Assembly (NCBI GenBank): GCA_943359395.1
Contig: CALRHH010000005.1
Coordinates: forward strand, 1-62,345
Length of the DNA: 62,345 nucleotides
Direction of reading: 5' to 3'
Source: Candidatus Nomurabacteria bacterium
GTDB lineage: Bacteria > Patescibacteriota > Minisyncoccia > Phycocordibacterales > UBA2100
The notes under the pieces were generated by a model. That model saw only the letters and a list, made by a program, of their open reading frames with translations. It searched no databases and was not told where the DNA came from. Shown here in pieces: positions 19,883 through 28,927 of the stretch. Made by a program: the position numbers and the translations under genes. The first letter of the stretch is position 1. The number at the start of each line of letters is the position of its first letter.

Positions 19883-20577
19883 ACGGTTTGTGTGTATGTG
19901 AGCTCTCCGCACGCGCACAGTTCGCCTCCCGTAATCGGCGGAGCCTTGAGTTCGAACGAAGGTATCCCACCTCGCGGTAAGGTTTCAATGTTCCCCGTCA
20001 CCGGTTCGTATCGGTTTCCCTTTGTTATGTGAAAACGCGGGATGCCTGAGGTTTCCACCATGAGCATTGGGCATTGTGACAGTATGGGCAGACCGGGGAA
20101 GAGATGAACCTCCTGCGCAACCTTGCAGTCCGAGAGCAAGGCGGGGATATTCCAGATGTCTTCTGCACGATGGATAACAATCCATTTTTGGGGAAGCTTG
20201 CCATTTTCTTTTTGAACACAGTCAGCAAACGTTGATGCATCTCGTTGCTCGGTTACCACCGTGTCCATACCCCCGAGTTGGAGTGCCGAAACGCCGACAG
20301 GTATATTTTCAGGATCATTTAGAAAAATTGGAGCACGCGCAGCCCTACATGCGTACCAGAGGGGAACTTCGAGTTGCCAAAATAAGGGCAAACGCATCAT
20401 GACTCCGTGAGGCTTAAGTTCAAAAAGTGCTTGAGCGCAAGAATCCCAACGCCATTGTGGGTGAATGGGGAAGCCTGCCAAACCTGCATCTTCGGCTTCG
20501 AATGAGGTTGGAACAATTCGGCACGGTACAGACTTTAGAGCATCTTGGATTGCCTGGATTTGTTTGGATGCAATCAT
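19879..20577 (-). CDS. Degenerate/truncated PaaK-like partner protein
   Basis: ~232 aa with IVPTSF, GVMMRLPLFWQLE, QEVHLFPGLPIL and C-terminal CACG. No SSGT P-loop. TGC-TAGTAT lies upstream of ATG 20577. Confidence 0.7.
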   Translation of the reverse strand: MIASKQIQAIQDALKSVPCRIVPTSFEAEDAGLAGFPIHPQWRWDSCAQALFELKPHGVMMRLPLFWQLEVPLWYACRAARAPIFLNDPENIPVGVSALQLGGMDTVVTEQRDASTFADCVQKENGKLPQKWIVIHRAEDIWNIPALLSDCKVAQEVHLFPGLPILSQCPMLMVETSGIPRFHITKGNRYEPVTGNIETLPRGGIPSFELKAPPITGGELCACGELTYTQTV

Positions 20578-20668
20578 ATGTATGAATACTAGCAAAAACT
20601 AACCTCCTTCGTTACTGTCATGCTACATGAGAGTAGGTTTGTTGATGAAAATACGTAATTTAGAAGTC

Positions 20669-20696
20669 TTGACGCGAAAGTACTAGATGCTAGAGT
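20669..20696 (+). promoter_or_regulatory. sigma70-type promoter of the dctP-like gene
   Basis: TTGACG (20669)-N16-TG-c-TAGAGT (20691), with the ATG at 20704. Confidence 0.55.
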
Positions 20697-20703
20697 TTAT
20701 CCA

Positions 20704-21741
20704 ATGACAAGCGTTGGCGTATCGGCATGGATTAAGCCTGCAATTTTCTCCCTCGTCATTATTGGTAGTGTGCTTTTCGCCTACCAATATGTTCCGGCAT
20801 CAAAGTCGCCATCGCAGGTTCAGCATGTCCGCTGGCTTATTTCACATCAGCCGACAGACGTTTTCACTCGGGCCGTGCAGGTGTTTTCTCGAGAGCTTTC
20901 AAGGCTTTCCGATGGGCGTCTCATTTTGGATATAGTAACTCCAGAGGAGCTTGGATATGCTGATACCGGTGATATTCCGAATGCCGACGTATTGAGGTAT
21001 CTAAACGACGGTCGTGTAGAGCTTGCCACTACCTACACTGTCGGTTTGGGTCAAGACGACCCCGCCTTATGGAGTTTAAATCTACCATTCCGTTTCTCCG
21101 ATTACGCTTCAGCTGGTCAAATATTGGATGGCGCTAGTGGTATGCAGTTGCTCGACACCGTTGAATCAACAACCGATACGCACGCTCTCGCATTCACTAT
21201 GAGCGGCGGATTCCGCGTCATCGCCTCAAAATCTCCCCTAGAGAACCTGGCTGCTTTTAAAGGTAAGCGCATTGCAACGTCCGGAGGGCCAGTCGCTCAG
21301 GCGACTCTCACGGCACTTGGCGCCATACCGGTACCGACAGATCTAGAAAGCGCAGCGCGAAGTATCGATGAGCGCTCTGTTGACGCCGTGGAGACGACCT
21401 ACAGTCGACTTTCGGCGGTACTTGGTTCGAATAATCAATATACGAAGAACATCGCGGAGACATACCACAGCCTTTTCTTGACGGTGATTCTCGCCAGCGA
21501 TTCTTTCTATACCTCGCTTTCGGTTGGTGATCAAAAATCTTTGCGTGAAGCAGCTCTTGTCGCAGCGCAAGTAGAAAGAGAAGATTCCGTATCGCTCGGT
21601 GAGCAGACCAAAGCCTCTTTGGAGGCACGAGGCTCCGCCATATCTACGTTTACCACACAGGACAGACAGGCGATGCGAGACGCGACGCGAAAGGTTTATA
21701 GTGAATTTGAATCCACATACGGAACGCAGTTTTCGAGGTAG
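20704..21741 (+). CDS. dctP: TRAP transporter substrate-binding protein (DctP family), membrane anchored
   Basis: Recognisable DctP segments: ELSRLSDGRLILDI, LNLPFRF, GGFRVI, FKGKRIATSG, VDAVE. Confidence 0.75.
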   Translation: MTSVGVSAWIKPAIFSLVIIGSVLFAYQYVPASKSPSQVQHVRWLISHQPTDVFTRAVQVFSRELSRLSDGRLILDIVTPEELGYADTGDIPNADVLRYLNDGRVELATTYTVGLGQDDPALWSLNLPFRFSDYASAGQILDGASGMQLLDTVESTTDTHALAFTMSGGFRVIASKSPLENLAAFKGKRIATSGGPVAQATLTALGAIPVPTDLESAARSIDERSVDAVETTYSRLSAVLGSNNQYTKNIAETYHSLFLTVILASDSFYTSLSVGDQKSLREAALVAAQVEREDSVSLGEQTKASLEARGSAISTFTTQDRQAMRDATRKVYSEFESTYGTQFSR

Positions 21742-21747
21742 TGTTCT

Positions 21748-22455
21748 CTATAGCGTTGGACTCGCGACCACATCCTGACCGCATTCGCACCTTCGGATTC
21801 TCTTTATCGTGAATGGAAGTGGATAGTCTCGCAGTGGAACAGGAATATCGGCGCACGATGAAACGGTATTTGATTCTTCGTGCCACGTAAAGTCTGGGTG
21901 GACATGAAATAACGCCGTATCCAGTGAATGCAATACGTTGCATTGCACGAGGATGGGAACACCGGGAAATAGGTGTACTTCCTGTGCCCCGACGTCTCCC
22001 GCAATGTGGGGGAGAGGAGTGGAAGGAAGGATTGCTCGGTGTATGATAATCCACGAACGAGGCTTTGGTGCAGATTTCTCAGCAAGGAAACTTGAAAACG
22101 CGTCTGCGTCTTCCGTGTCAGTTACAACGCAATCTATACGCGCGGTACGGATTGCCTCGGCAGCGAGCGGCATATTACCACGGTCGCTTACGAAGATAAA
22201 CGAACCGGAGTTTTTGCACGCATTGAAGAGCGGAATTTCTAGTTGCCAGAAGAGTGGCAACCGCATCATTACTCCCGTAGATTTGAATGAGATAAGGGAT
22301 TGCTCACACGACGTCCATTTCCAGTCGAGCGGTATTGGGAAACCGCGCAGAATCGGGTCGTTTGGATTAAACGAAGTCGGAACAATCTTGTTGGAGGGTG
22401 ATTTATTTTCAGCAAAGAATTTTTCCAATCTCGCTATCAGTTCAGGGTGCGTCAT
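21748..22455 (-). CDS. Degenerate/truncated PaaK-like partner protein
   Basis: True start is ATG 22455 (TGC-TATACT 6 nt upstream). Motifs IVPTSF, GVMMRLPLFWQLE, QEVHLFPGVPIL, CECG. The upstream part of the ORF-track call is shadow. Confidence 0.75.
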   Translation of the reverse strand: MTHPELIARLEKFFAENKSPSNKIVPTSFNPNDPILRGFPIPLDWKWTSCEQSLISFKSTGVMMRLPLFWQLEIPLFNACKNSGSFIFVSDRGNMPLAAEAIRTARIDCVVTDTEDADAFSSFLAEKSAPKPRSWIIIHRAILPSTPLPHIAGDVGAQEVHLFPGVPILVQCNVLHSLDTALFHVHPDFTWHEESNTVSSCADIPVPLRDYPLPFTIKRIRRCECGQDVVASPTL

Positions 22456-22579
22456 CGGGAGAGTATAGCAAATGGAATGTTCGTTGATTGCGCGTGTGAA
22501 CGGAACACAGGTATACTTGACACAATGCGATGTCGTTCCGGCCGCCAGTTTGGCGCGGGAGGTGACGCATATATTGGAT

Positions 22580-23659
22580 ATGCTCCGTATATTGAAGCGA
22601 ACCAGTATGGCGCTGTATATCGGCGGTGTTGTTCTCGTAGGCGCGCTCGTCTTGCTGTTGTGGCTGTCTCGTTCCCCGCAATCACCGTATTTGAAAGAAG
22701 GCGGTGTCGATTTCAAGCTTGCAACGATGTATTGGACGGGAAAAATTAACGCGTTTGGGTACGAGCGGGCGTATGCGGAATATAAAAAGTCCGGCGATGC
22801 TTTACCGATAAAAATATCCCATGTGCTGGCGCACGCTTTCGGTGAGGCTTTGTACAATACAAGGGGTTCTAGCGGAATTGCTTTGTGCACAGAAGATTAT
22901 TTCGGTGGCTGCATTCACCAAGTCGTCGGCTCGGCTATCCTTAAGCAGGGAATTGGAGTTGTGCAAGAGATGAATAAGGCGTGCCAAGGTGACCGCACGG
23001 GAGACACTCCCTGTTTGCATAGCATCGGCCACGGGCTTGTGGGATATTTTGGATACGATGTCCTTGCTCTCAAACAATCTCTCTCGGTGTGTGCTTCTCT
23101 GCAACAAGAACGTCGGGGAGGCTGTGCCGAGGGTGCAATAATGGAGTACAACATACGATTTCTTACCGACAGCGGACCGGACGGGCAACCTGCTTCTCGC
23201 CCGGTCACCACTGAGACCGTTCTCGGTCCCTGTGCGGAGCTTGGCGATACCGCTCAAAATTCATGTTATTACGAGTTGCCAGTCTGGTGGTGGTGGAGTG
23301 CTCAGGGCGACACGGCCGCGGAACACGAATTGTTCTCTCGCATGGGTGGCTATTGCGACGAGGTTTCTGATGTCTTCAAGAGGCGAGCTTGCTACGAAGG
23401 TATCGGTCATATGGCCGCTGTATCCGCAAACCTTCGTCAAGATACGTCGTATGAATTTTGTAAGAAAGCGAGCAACGATTCTCTGCACAGACTTTTTTGT
23501 GTCACGGGTATCGTCACGCGTCTGAGAATGGGGCAAGCGGATGGGTTTGCCCTCATGTGTCGCAATCCTGATTTCTCCCCCGAAGCTGTTCGTTATTGCA
23601 CGACGCAATCAAGGACCGACTTCGGTCTCATCGACAAGCTTCCTATACCCGTTATGTAA
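22580..23659 (+). CDS. Membrane-anchored Cys/His-rich helical-repeat protein (subtype B)
   Basis: Motifs HVLAHAFG, GCIHQVVG, CLHSIGHG, CAEGAIMEYN, LPVWW, ACYEGIG. Start is 22580 or 22607. Confidence 0.85.
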   Translation: MLRILKRTSMALYIGGVVLVGALVLLLWLSRSPQSPYLKEGGVDFKLATMYWTGKINAFGYERAYAEYKKSGDALPIKISHVLAHAFGEALYNTRGSSGIALCTEDYFGGCIHQVVGSAILKQGIGVVQEMNKACQGDRTGDTPCLHSIGHGLVGYFGYDVLALKQSLSVCASLQQERRGGCAEGAIMEYNIRFLTDSGPDGQPASRPVTTETVLGPCAELGDTAQNSCYYELPVWWWWSAQGDTAAEHELFSRMGGYCDEVSDVFKRRACYEGIGHMAAVSANLRQDTSYEFCKKASNDSLHRLFCVTGIVTRLRMGQADGFALMCRNPDFSPEAVRYCTTQSRTDFGLIDKLPIPVM

Positions 23660-23663
23660 CGAT

Positions 23664-26447
23664 ATGGATCATATCCGAGGATGGAAGTCGTCAGGCGTAT
23701 TTCAGAAAGTCTTTGAGCCTATTTCTTTACTCATTGCTCTACAGGCTGGATTTGTCATTGTCGGAATTACCCGCTGGGGGTTCAATGTTACGTGGGCAGA
23801 CGTGGCGTTGGCGCTTTTTGCCACTGTCGGCACTGAGTTCCTCCTGACGCGGTCAGTCTATTTTCCAAGAGGTGTGATTGCCAGCGCGCTTGGTATTGCG
23901 ATTTTCTTTCGAGCATCGAATCCTCTGTATTTTGCCGTAGCCGGGTGTGTAGCCGTTCTATCGAGACGCCTGATCCGGACATCAAAGAGGGGGCAGTTAT
24001 TCAACGCTTCCAATGCTACCATTTTGTTGCTTGTTCTGTTATTCCCAGCGTCAACAACGACTGAATTTACGCAGTGGGGTGGCAATGTGTACGAATATCT
24101 TCTCATTGACGCCGCGATTTTGTTCGTTGCGTATAGGTCGGGGGTACTAGTTACGACCGCCTCGTTTTTAAGTTCGTACTTTGTATTGCTGCTAGGACTT
24201 TTGTCATTCTACCCAGACTTCGTTTCGGTGCATCATTACGGCCTCCTCGGTCCGTCACTGATTTTATTTGCATCGTTCATGATTACGGATCCGAAGACTT
24301 CTCCGGGGATATTTCGTGAACGCGTCATTCACGGTATATCGATTGCTCTGCTCCTGTTTGCGCTCGAAATAGCGGGTGTACGGTACTCGATTTTCTTGGC
24401 TGCTTTTCTCGTAACACTTGTAAACGTACTCTCGCGATCAGAATTCATGATGTTTGCTCGTCGCATTCCCATAGTTGGACACTATTCGAACGCACTCTCA
24501 TTCATGGTCGCGTTCACGGCGTTGCTCATTGCCGTCCTTCAGACGTTCCCGGGAGCCGCTGTGATGCAGGGATTCCGCGTATCGCCAGATTTCCTTTTGC
24601 GTGGGATTGAAAGCCCCCGCATCTTGCAATGTAACCTGGAGCAGACTCTTCAGCCCTCACGTGCAGCGAAGTTTGCGCCATATATGTACACCTCAGGAGC
24701 TGCGTGGAGTGATTATGACGGTGATGGATACGACGATTTGTTTGTCTCGAACCTCGCAGGGCCGAGCATCCTCTATCACAATAACGGAGACGGCACATTT
24801 TCGGATGTGACCAGCGCGGTCGGGCTTCCGGGCAAGAGTTCCGCCAGCGCAGTATTCGCCGACTATGATAACGACGGGCGGCTTGACCTTTTTGTCGCAT
24901 ATGTTCCGAGTTACGCCGCGTTCAATCGCTCTCCTTTGCAGCATGCTCAAGATGAATCACAAGCATTTCGCGTCTATCGCAATAATAGAAACGGCATGTT
25001 CTCCGATGTAACGGACAGTTTGGGACTTGGGGGTACGATAGTGCGTAACTACACGGGCGCAGCATTCTCATTTGGCGATTACAATAATGACGGAAGGCTC
25101 GATATTGTGTTTGTGACCGGCGGACTTGTGTATCCGGTTGCAAAAACAAACCCAGCGATGTTGAAGTCGCTGTTCGACCCCCGGTTCGACGACGTAACCC
25201 GCTTGGTATGTGACGCAGAGGAGATTCTGTCTATCTATAAGTCGTTCGGCACTCGTGCGTACGGTACGGTATCCGATGTGGAGCGGTTTGTGCACGCGGG
25301 AGGCTGTCTTGTTTTGAACGACTCCCTTCAGTTGGTATCTTTTAGCGAACTTCGATTACCGCTACCACACTTCGGCAGCCCCGTTGACGCCCTCTGGCTC
25401 ATGCCGGGGTCGATGCATCTTTTCGAAAATAAGGGTGGGCGCACATTCGTTGAACACACGGAGTTTGAACAACAGGTGTTAGGTGTTAATCGTTCCTATA
25501 CATACGATATCCGTCACCTTACACATCCTTACGATTATGTTTCGCGCCATTTCTTCCAACCGATTTCCTTGGATTATGACAGGGACGGGATCCAGGACGT
25601 GTTTATCACGAGTGGTTGGGGAGGCAATCTGCTCTTGAAAAACCTAGGTGATTTTAAGTTCAAAGACGTCACTACGCAGACGGGGGTTGACTATGCGGGT
25701 AGTGGCATGGGAGTAGATGTTGGAGACCTCGATGGCGACGGGGCACCGGATATTGTTACGACCAACGTGCTGCGTGACTATCTCTTCATGTCGACTGGGA
25801 GCGGAGCGTACACCCTCTCGAATCAGTCACTCGCGGCACAAGGGCTCGGGTGGGGTGTTTCTTTTCTTGATTATGATCTCGACGGACAGCAGGATATATT
25901 CATCGCTAACGGCGATGTGCCACGAATCGTGGCAAGAACGGACGGTTCTTTGAGTCGCACGCTGTACCGCACGGACCGCTTGTACCGGAATAACGGCAAT
26001 GGTACGTTCACCGACGTCACATGGGGTGCATTCTGTCCCGATTCTCAAAGTGGCAGAGCTGTTGCGGTCTCGGACTTCGACAATAACGGCACGCCCGATG
26101 TATTCGTTGGTAATATCCTGCTCGCTGGTAGCGGGACGAGCCCCGATATTCTCTATGTAAATACTACGAAGGCGTCCTATATTAAGGTGCGGTTGCAAGG
26201 GACAAAGAGTAATTCGTACGGCGTTGGAGCGGAGGTATCAGTAATTGCTGGGACCTCTACTCAGGTAAAGTCGGTTTTGGCCGGGAGCAGTTTCTATTCA
26301 CAGAATAGTCCGCGTCTTGTGTTTGGGCTCGGATCACTTTCGTCCGACATTCCTATTCAGGTCATCGTCCGGTGGCCGTCAGGGAAAAAGACAATTCTGC
26401 AAAATGCAAAAATGAATACTGAGGTAATTATACGCGAGACGATATAA
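23664..26447 (+). CDS. Fusion of an RnfD/NqrB-like (UnbU-like) membrane domain with FG-GAP/VCBS repeats and a C-terminal ASPIC/UnbV-type domain
   Basis: The N-terminal ~300 aa are polytopic, with FNASN and FMITDPKTSP. These are followed by repeated DYDGDGYDDLFV / DYDNDGRLDLFV / DLDGDGAPDIV / DFDNNGTPDVFV and a C-terminal IKVRLQG...GVGAEV...SFYSQ...FGLG. Confidence 0.75.
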   Translation: MDHIRGWKSSGVFQKVFEPISLLIALQAGFVIVGITRWGFNVTWADVALALFATVGTEFLLTRSVYFPRGVIASALGIAIFFRASNPLYFAVAGCVAVLSRRLIRTSKRGQLFNASNATILLLVLLFPASTTTEFTQWGGNVYEYLLIDAAILFVAYRSGVLVTTASFLSSYFVLLLGLLSFYPDFVSVHHYGLLGPSLILFASFMITDPKTSPGIFRERVIHGISIALLLFALEIAGVRYSIFLAAFLVTLVNVLSRSEFMMFARRIPIVGHYSNALSFMVAFTALLIAVLQTFPGAAVMQGFRVSPDFLLRGIESPRILQCNLEQTLQPSRAAKFAPYMYTSGAAWSDYDGDGYDDLFVSNLAGPSILYHNNGDGTFSDVTSAVGLPGKSSASAVFADYDNDGRLDLFVAYVPSYAAFNRSPLQHAQDESQAFRVYRNNRNGMFSDVTDSLGLGGTIVRNYTGAAFSFGDYNNDGRLDIVFVTGGLVYPVAKTNPAMLKSLFDPRFDDVTRLVCDAEEILSIYKSFGTRAYGTVSDVERFVHAGGCLVLNDSLQLVSFSELRLPLPHFGSPVDALWLMPGSMHLFENKGGRTFVEHTEFEQQVLGVNRSYTYDIRHLTHPYDYVSRHFFQPISLDYDRDGIQDVFITSGWGGNLLLKNLGDFKFKDVTTQTGVDYAGSGMGVDVGDLDGDGAPDIVTTNVLRDYLFMSTGSGAYTLSNQSLAAQGLGWGVSFLDYDLDGQQDIFIANGDVPRIVARTDGSLSRTLYRTDRLYRNNGNGTFTDVTWGAFCPDSQSGRAVAVSDFDNNGTPDVFVGNILLAGSGTSPDILYVNTTKASYIKVRLQGTKSNSYGVGAEVSVIAGTSTQVKSVLAGSSFYSQNSPRLVFGLGSLSSDIPIQVIVRWPSGKKTILQNAKMNTEVIIRETI

Positions 26448-26477
26448 CGCGGGTGATGTGCTTAGGTGGAGTTTGCT

Positions 26478-27755
26478 TCAGTGGGCAATCATGCGTTTGC
26501 TTTTCGTTGGCGATTGAGTGCTTGTGATGGGAAGACAGGTAAGTGGTAGGTAGATGCCGTCCTCAACACCTTCCGAGTACGTCCGAAAAGGACCGACACG
26601 TAGTTCTTGTGCTATACGCTCAGCAAGTCGATTAAGAACTTCAGGTGAGTTTTGATCACGTGGTTCAACGTATAATATAACCTCGACCTTCTGACCTTCT
26701 GAACTGGGACGAAGGTATCTGTGAAGTTCGAATCGATCGGTAATCTCTCCGTTGAACACCCTCAGTACTCGTTCTGTTTCGTCCGCACGCAACATACCTC
26801 CCGGTATCTTGATAAAGTCAATCGATACGCGTCCTATCAGGGTAAACTGAAGTTGATTATGGGCGGCGCACTTTTCGGGCAGTATTCTGACGATATCGCC
26901 AGTTCGGTATCGTATGAGAGGAGTCGCACGCGGCTTTGGTGAGCAGGACGTAATAACAAGTTCTCCCTCGGTTCCCGGCTCGTACGGTAGTACGATCTCT
27001 TGTTCCGAGTCAATAATCTCATGATAGTGAGAGGGCTTAGTGTGGTACACAGAAAGAGGTTCTTCGCCGGTAATGGCTCGACAGGGAATACCAACCGGCT
27101 TGTCTTCAATCTCCGCGGCACCAAATTGCGGAATAATGGTGGCGTTTGGGAATGTTCGTTTTATAAAATCGAAGAGTGAGCGCGTACAGGATTCTCCGCA
27201 CATTTCTATTAGTCGAATTTGTTCAGCAATGCCTTCCTGTATCATTAGTTTTCCTATGAGTGGTACATGGAACGCAAATGTCGAGATAGCGTCGACTCCC
27301 GCGATTCGTGCAAGACGGACAGAGGCCGCAGCATGAATTGGATCAAATGCTATTACCCGCGGGGCATACCCTAAGGATATTTGTAGGTCTTCGTGCCAAT
27401 GAGGCATACAGGGGACGTTGGATGCGAGAATCGGATTCTCGAAAGAGTGATACTGAAGTCGGTATTCAAGACCGCTTGGGATGGAGCGCAGTATAAACGG
27501 CGGCGTCTTCCCGCTTGTGCCTGACGACGTGCGTATATCTTCGACGTCGGTATTTGATGCAAAAAATCGATTCGCGACAGGAGTTTCAGTTAAGAGGTCT
27601 TTCGTTACAAGCGGGAGCTTTATCCACTCATGCCATCCTGCCAGATGCAAGGCGGGTTCTCCATCGCGCATACCGTAGAGCGTGCGGTACATATTCGGCG
27701 CATCCGGGGCGGTGCATTCCGCGATGAGTTCTCTGAGCCTCTCAAGATCATTCAT
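26478..27755 (-). CDS. PaaK/phenylacetate-CoA ligase-like adenylate-forming enzyme
   Basis: Start refined to ATG 27755, overlapping the upstream stop. Motifs LPLVTKD, TSSGTSGK, FGAAEIE, PLIRYRTGD, GRVSIDFIKIPGG, KSKR. Confidence 0.85.
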   Translation of the reverse strand: MNDLERLRELIAECTAPDAPNMYRTLYGMRDGEPALHLAGWHEWIKLPLVTKDLLTETPVANRFFASNTDVEDIRTSSGTSGKTPPFILRSIPSGLEYRLQYHSFENPILASNVPCMPHWHEDLQISLGYAPRVIAFDPIHAAASVRLARIAGVDAISTFAFHVPLIGKLMIQEGIAEQIRLIEMCGESCTRSLFDFIKRTFPNATIIPQFGAAEIEDKPVGIPCRAITGEEPLSVYHTKPSHYHEIIDSEQEIVLPYEPGTEGELVITSCSPKPRATPLIRYRTGDIVRILPEKCAAHNQLQFTLIGRVSIDFIKIPGGMLRADETERVLRVFNGEITDRFELHRYLRPSSEGQKVEVILYVEPRDQNSPEVLNRLAERIAQELRVGPFRTYSEGVEDGIYLPLTCLPITSTQSPTKSKRMIAH

Positions 27756-28557
27756 GGAAATATTCAATTTCGGCCTTTCCGCATACACATACTCCTTGTT
27801 CGATTGCGACGAATGGAAGTCGGTATCTGATGAATGGCAGGGGGTCATCCCCCGCGCTCGTGATGAGCGTTCTATCTGATTTGAATACCCACGTATAAGA
27901 GTCTGATGCATGAAAAGTCTTTGCGCGTCTTTCAATAAGTGACCCGCATTGTTCCAGAATAGGGACACCAGGGAAGACATGCACCTCTTGGGCGACCTTC
28001 GTCCCTGTTGAGAATTCAGGGGGAATGTGTTGCGGAACTGCATCGACACTATGTACGAATACCCACGAGCGTGGGATGTTCCGTTGTTTTGTCGAAAGAT
28101 ACGATAGAACTGCTTGGCAATCTTGAGTTGTCGTTATGATTGTATCGATGGTGAGAGAATCAATCGCCAGCGAATTGACGGGAGTATTGGATATATCTGC
28201 CACGAAAAACAGAAGACCCGAATCACGACATACTCGATACGTTGCTGACTCCATCTGCCAAAAGAGGGGTAAGAGCATCATGACAGCTCGACTTTCTAAT
28301 ACCTTGAGGTAGAGTCGCAGAGATTGCCACTCGCTCTGCAAGGGGCGCGGAAATGCGGTTAGTGACGGATCGAGCGGGTTGAACGAAGCAGGCACCAGTC
28401 TGAAGGGGGACTTCGAGATGTTTTTTTCGGCTCTCTGTAGCAGATGCAACAGTGCCTCGTGCGAAGTCTCATCTCCATAAGGAGTGGGTTCAATCTCAAA
28501 TCTTGCGTAGGCCTCCTCGGGGCTTTGTTTGAATGTGTGTGTACGAGGTGTGGTCAT
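27748..28557 (-). CDS. Degenerate/truncated PaaK-like partner protein
   Basis: Motifs LVPASF, AVMMLLPLFWQME, QEVHVFPGVPILEQC, PFIRYRL, CVCG. Confidence 0.75.
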   Translation of the reverse strand: MTTPRTHTFKQSPEEAYARFEIEPTPYGDETSHEALLHLLQRAEKNISKSPFRLVPASFNPLDPSLTAFPRPLQSEWQSLRLYLKVLESRAVMMLLPLFWQMESATYRVCRDSGLLFFVADISNTPVNSLAIDSLTIDTIITTTQDCQAVLSYLSTKQRNIPRSWVFVHSVDAVPQHIPPEFSTGTKVAQEVHVFPGVPILEQCGSLIERRAKTFHASDSYTWVFKSDRTLITSAGDDPLPFIRYRLPFVAIEQGVCVCGKAEIEYFHE

Positions 28558-28644
28558 AGAAGTAAAAAAGCGTATATCGAGTATATACGAGATGTAAAGC
28601 AGGGGGAATTGATTCTTTTATGAGTTGTTGCTACAATTTGGGCA

Positions 28645-28872
28645 TTGGAGAATATGAAAAAATTGCATACATTCGTTCTCTATTCGACCGGTCTCGCCCT
28701 ATCATTCTTAGGCGTATATATTTCTAAGGAATTTGTTGCAACACCCGACAGGGGTGTGGTTGCGAAGGCGTCTGCTCAGTGTGTAGACCAATCTGCCACT
28801 ACGAATGTAGAAGTATCGCAGGGAAATGAGAACCAGCTGCTTTTCGTTAGCTGCGGTGGCTTTATCCAATAA
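28645..28872 (+). CDS. Small membrane-anchored peptide with C-terminal C-x23-C / FVSCGG motif (peptide 3)
   Basis: 75 aa (TTG start, or ATG 28654) with a hydrophobic N-terminus, ending QLLFVSCGGFIQ. TGC-TACAAT lies 7 nt upstream of the TTG. Confidence 0.85.
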   Translation: MENMKKLHTFVLYSTGLALSFLGVYISKEFVATPDRGVVAKASAQCVDQSATTNVEVSQGNENQLLFVSCGGFIQ

Positions 28873-28927
28873 ACCCGAAAAGAAGGAAGAATAGTAAACT
28901 CCACTCCCTTGGTCTATAGTCTCTGGT

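Noticed and set aside
22456-22890. N-terminal extension of ORF 21748-22890, and similarly over-long starts at 7786, 16994-17350, 23541, 28049, 48913 and 51290
   Set aside because: These extensions overlap real genes. Paralogue alignment, ATGA coupling and -10 spacing support the shorter starts.
23664-24600. A true Rnf/Nqr respiratory complex
   Set aside because: No other rnf/nqr subunits are present, no visible FMN-attachment motif, and the domain is fused to a beta-propeller.
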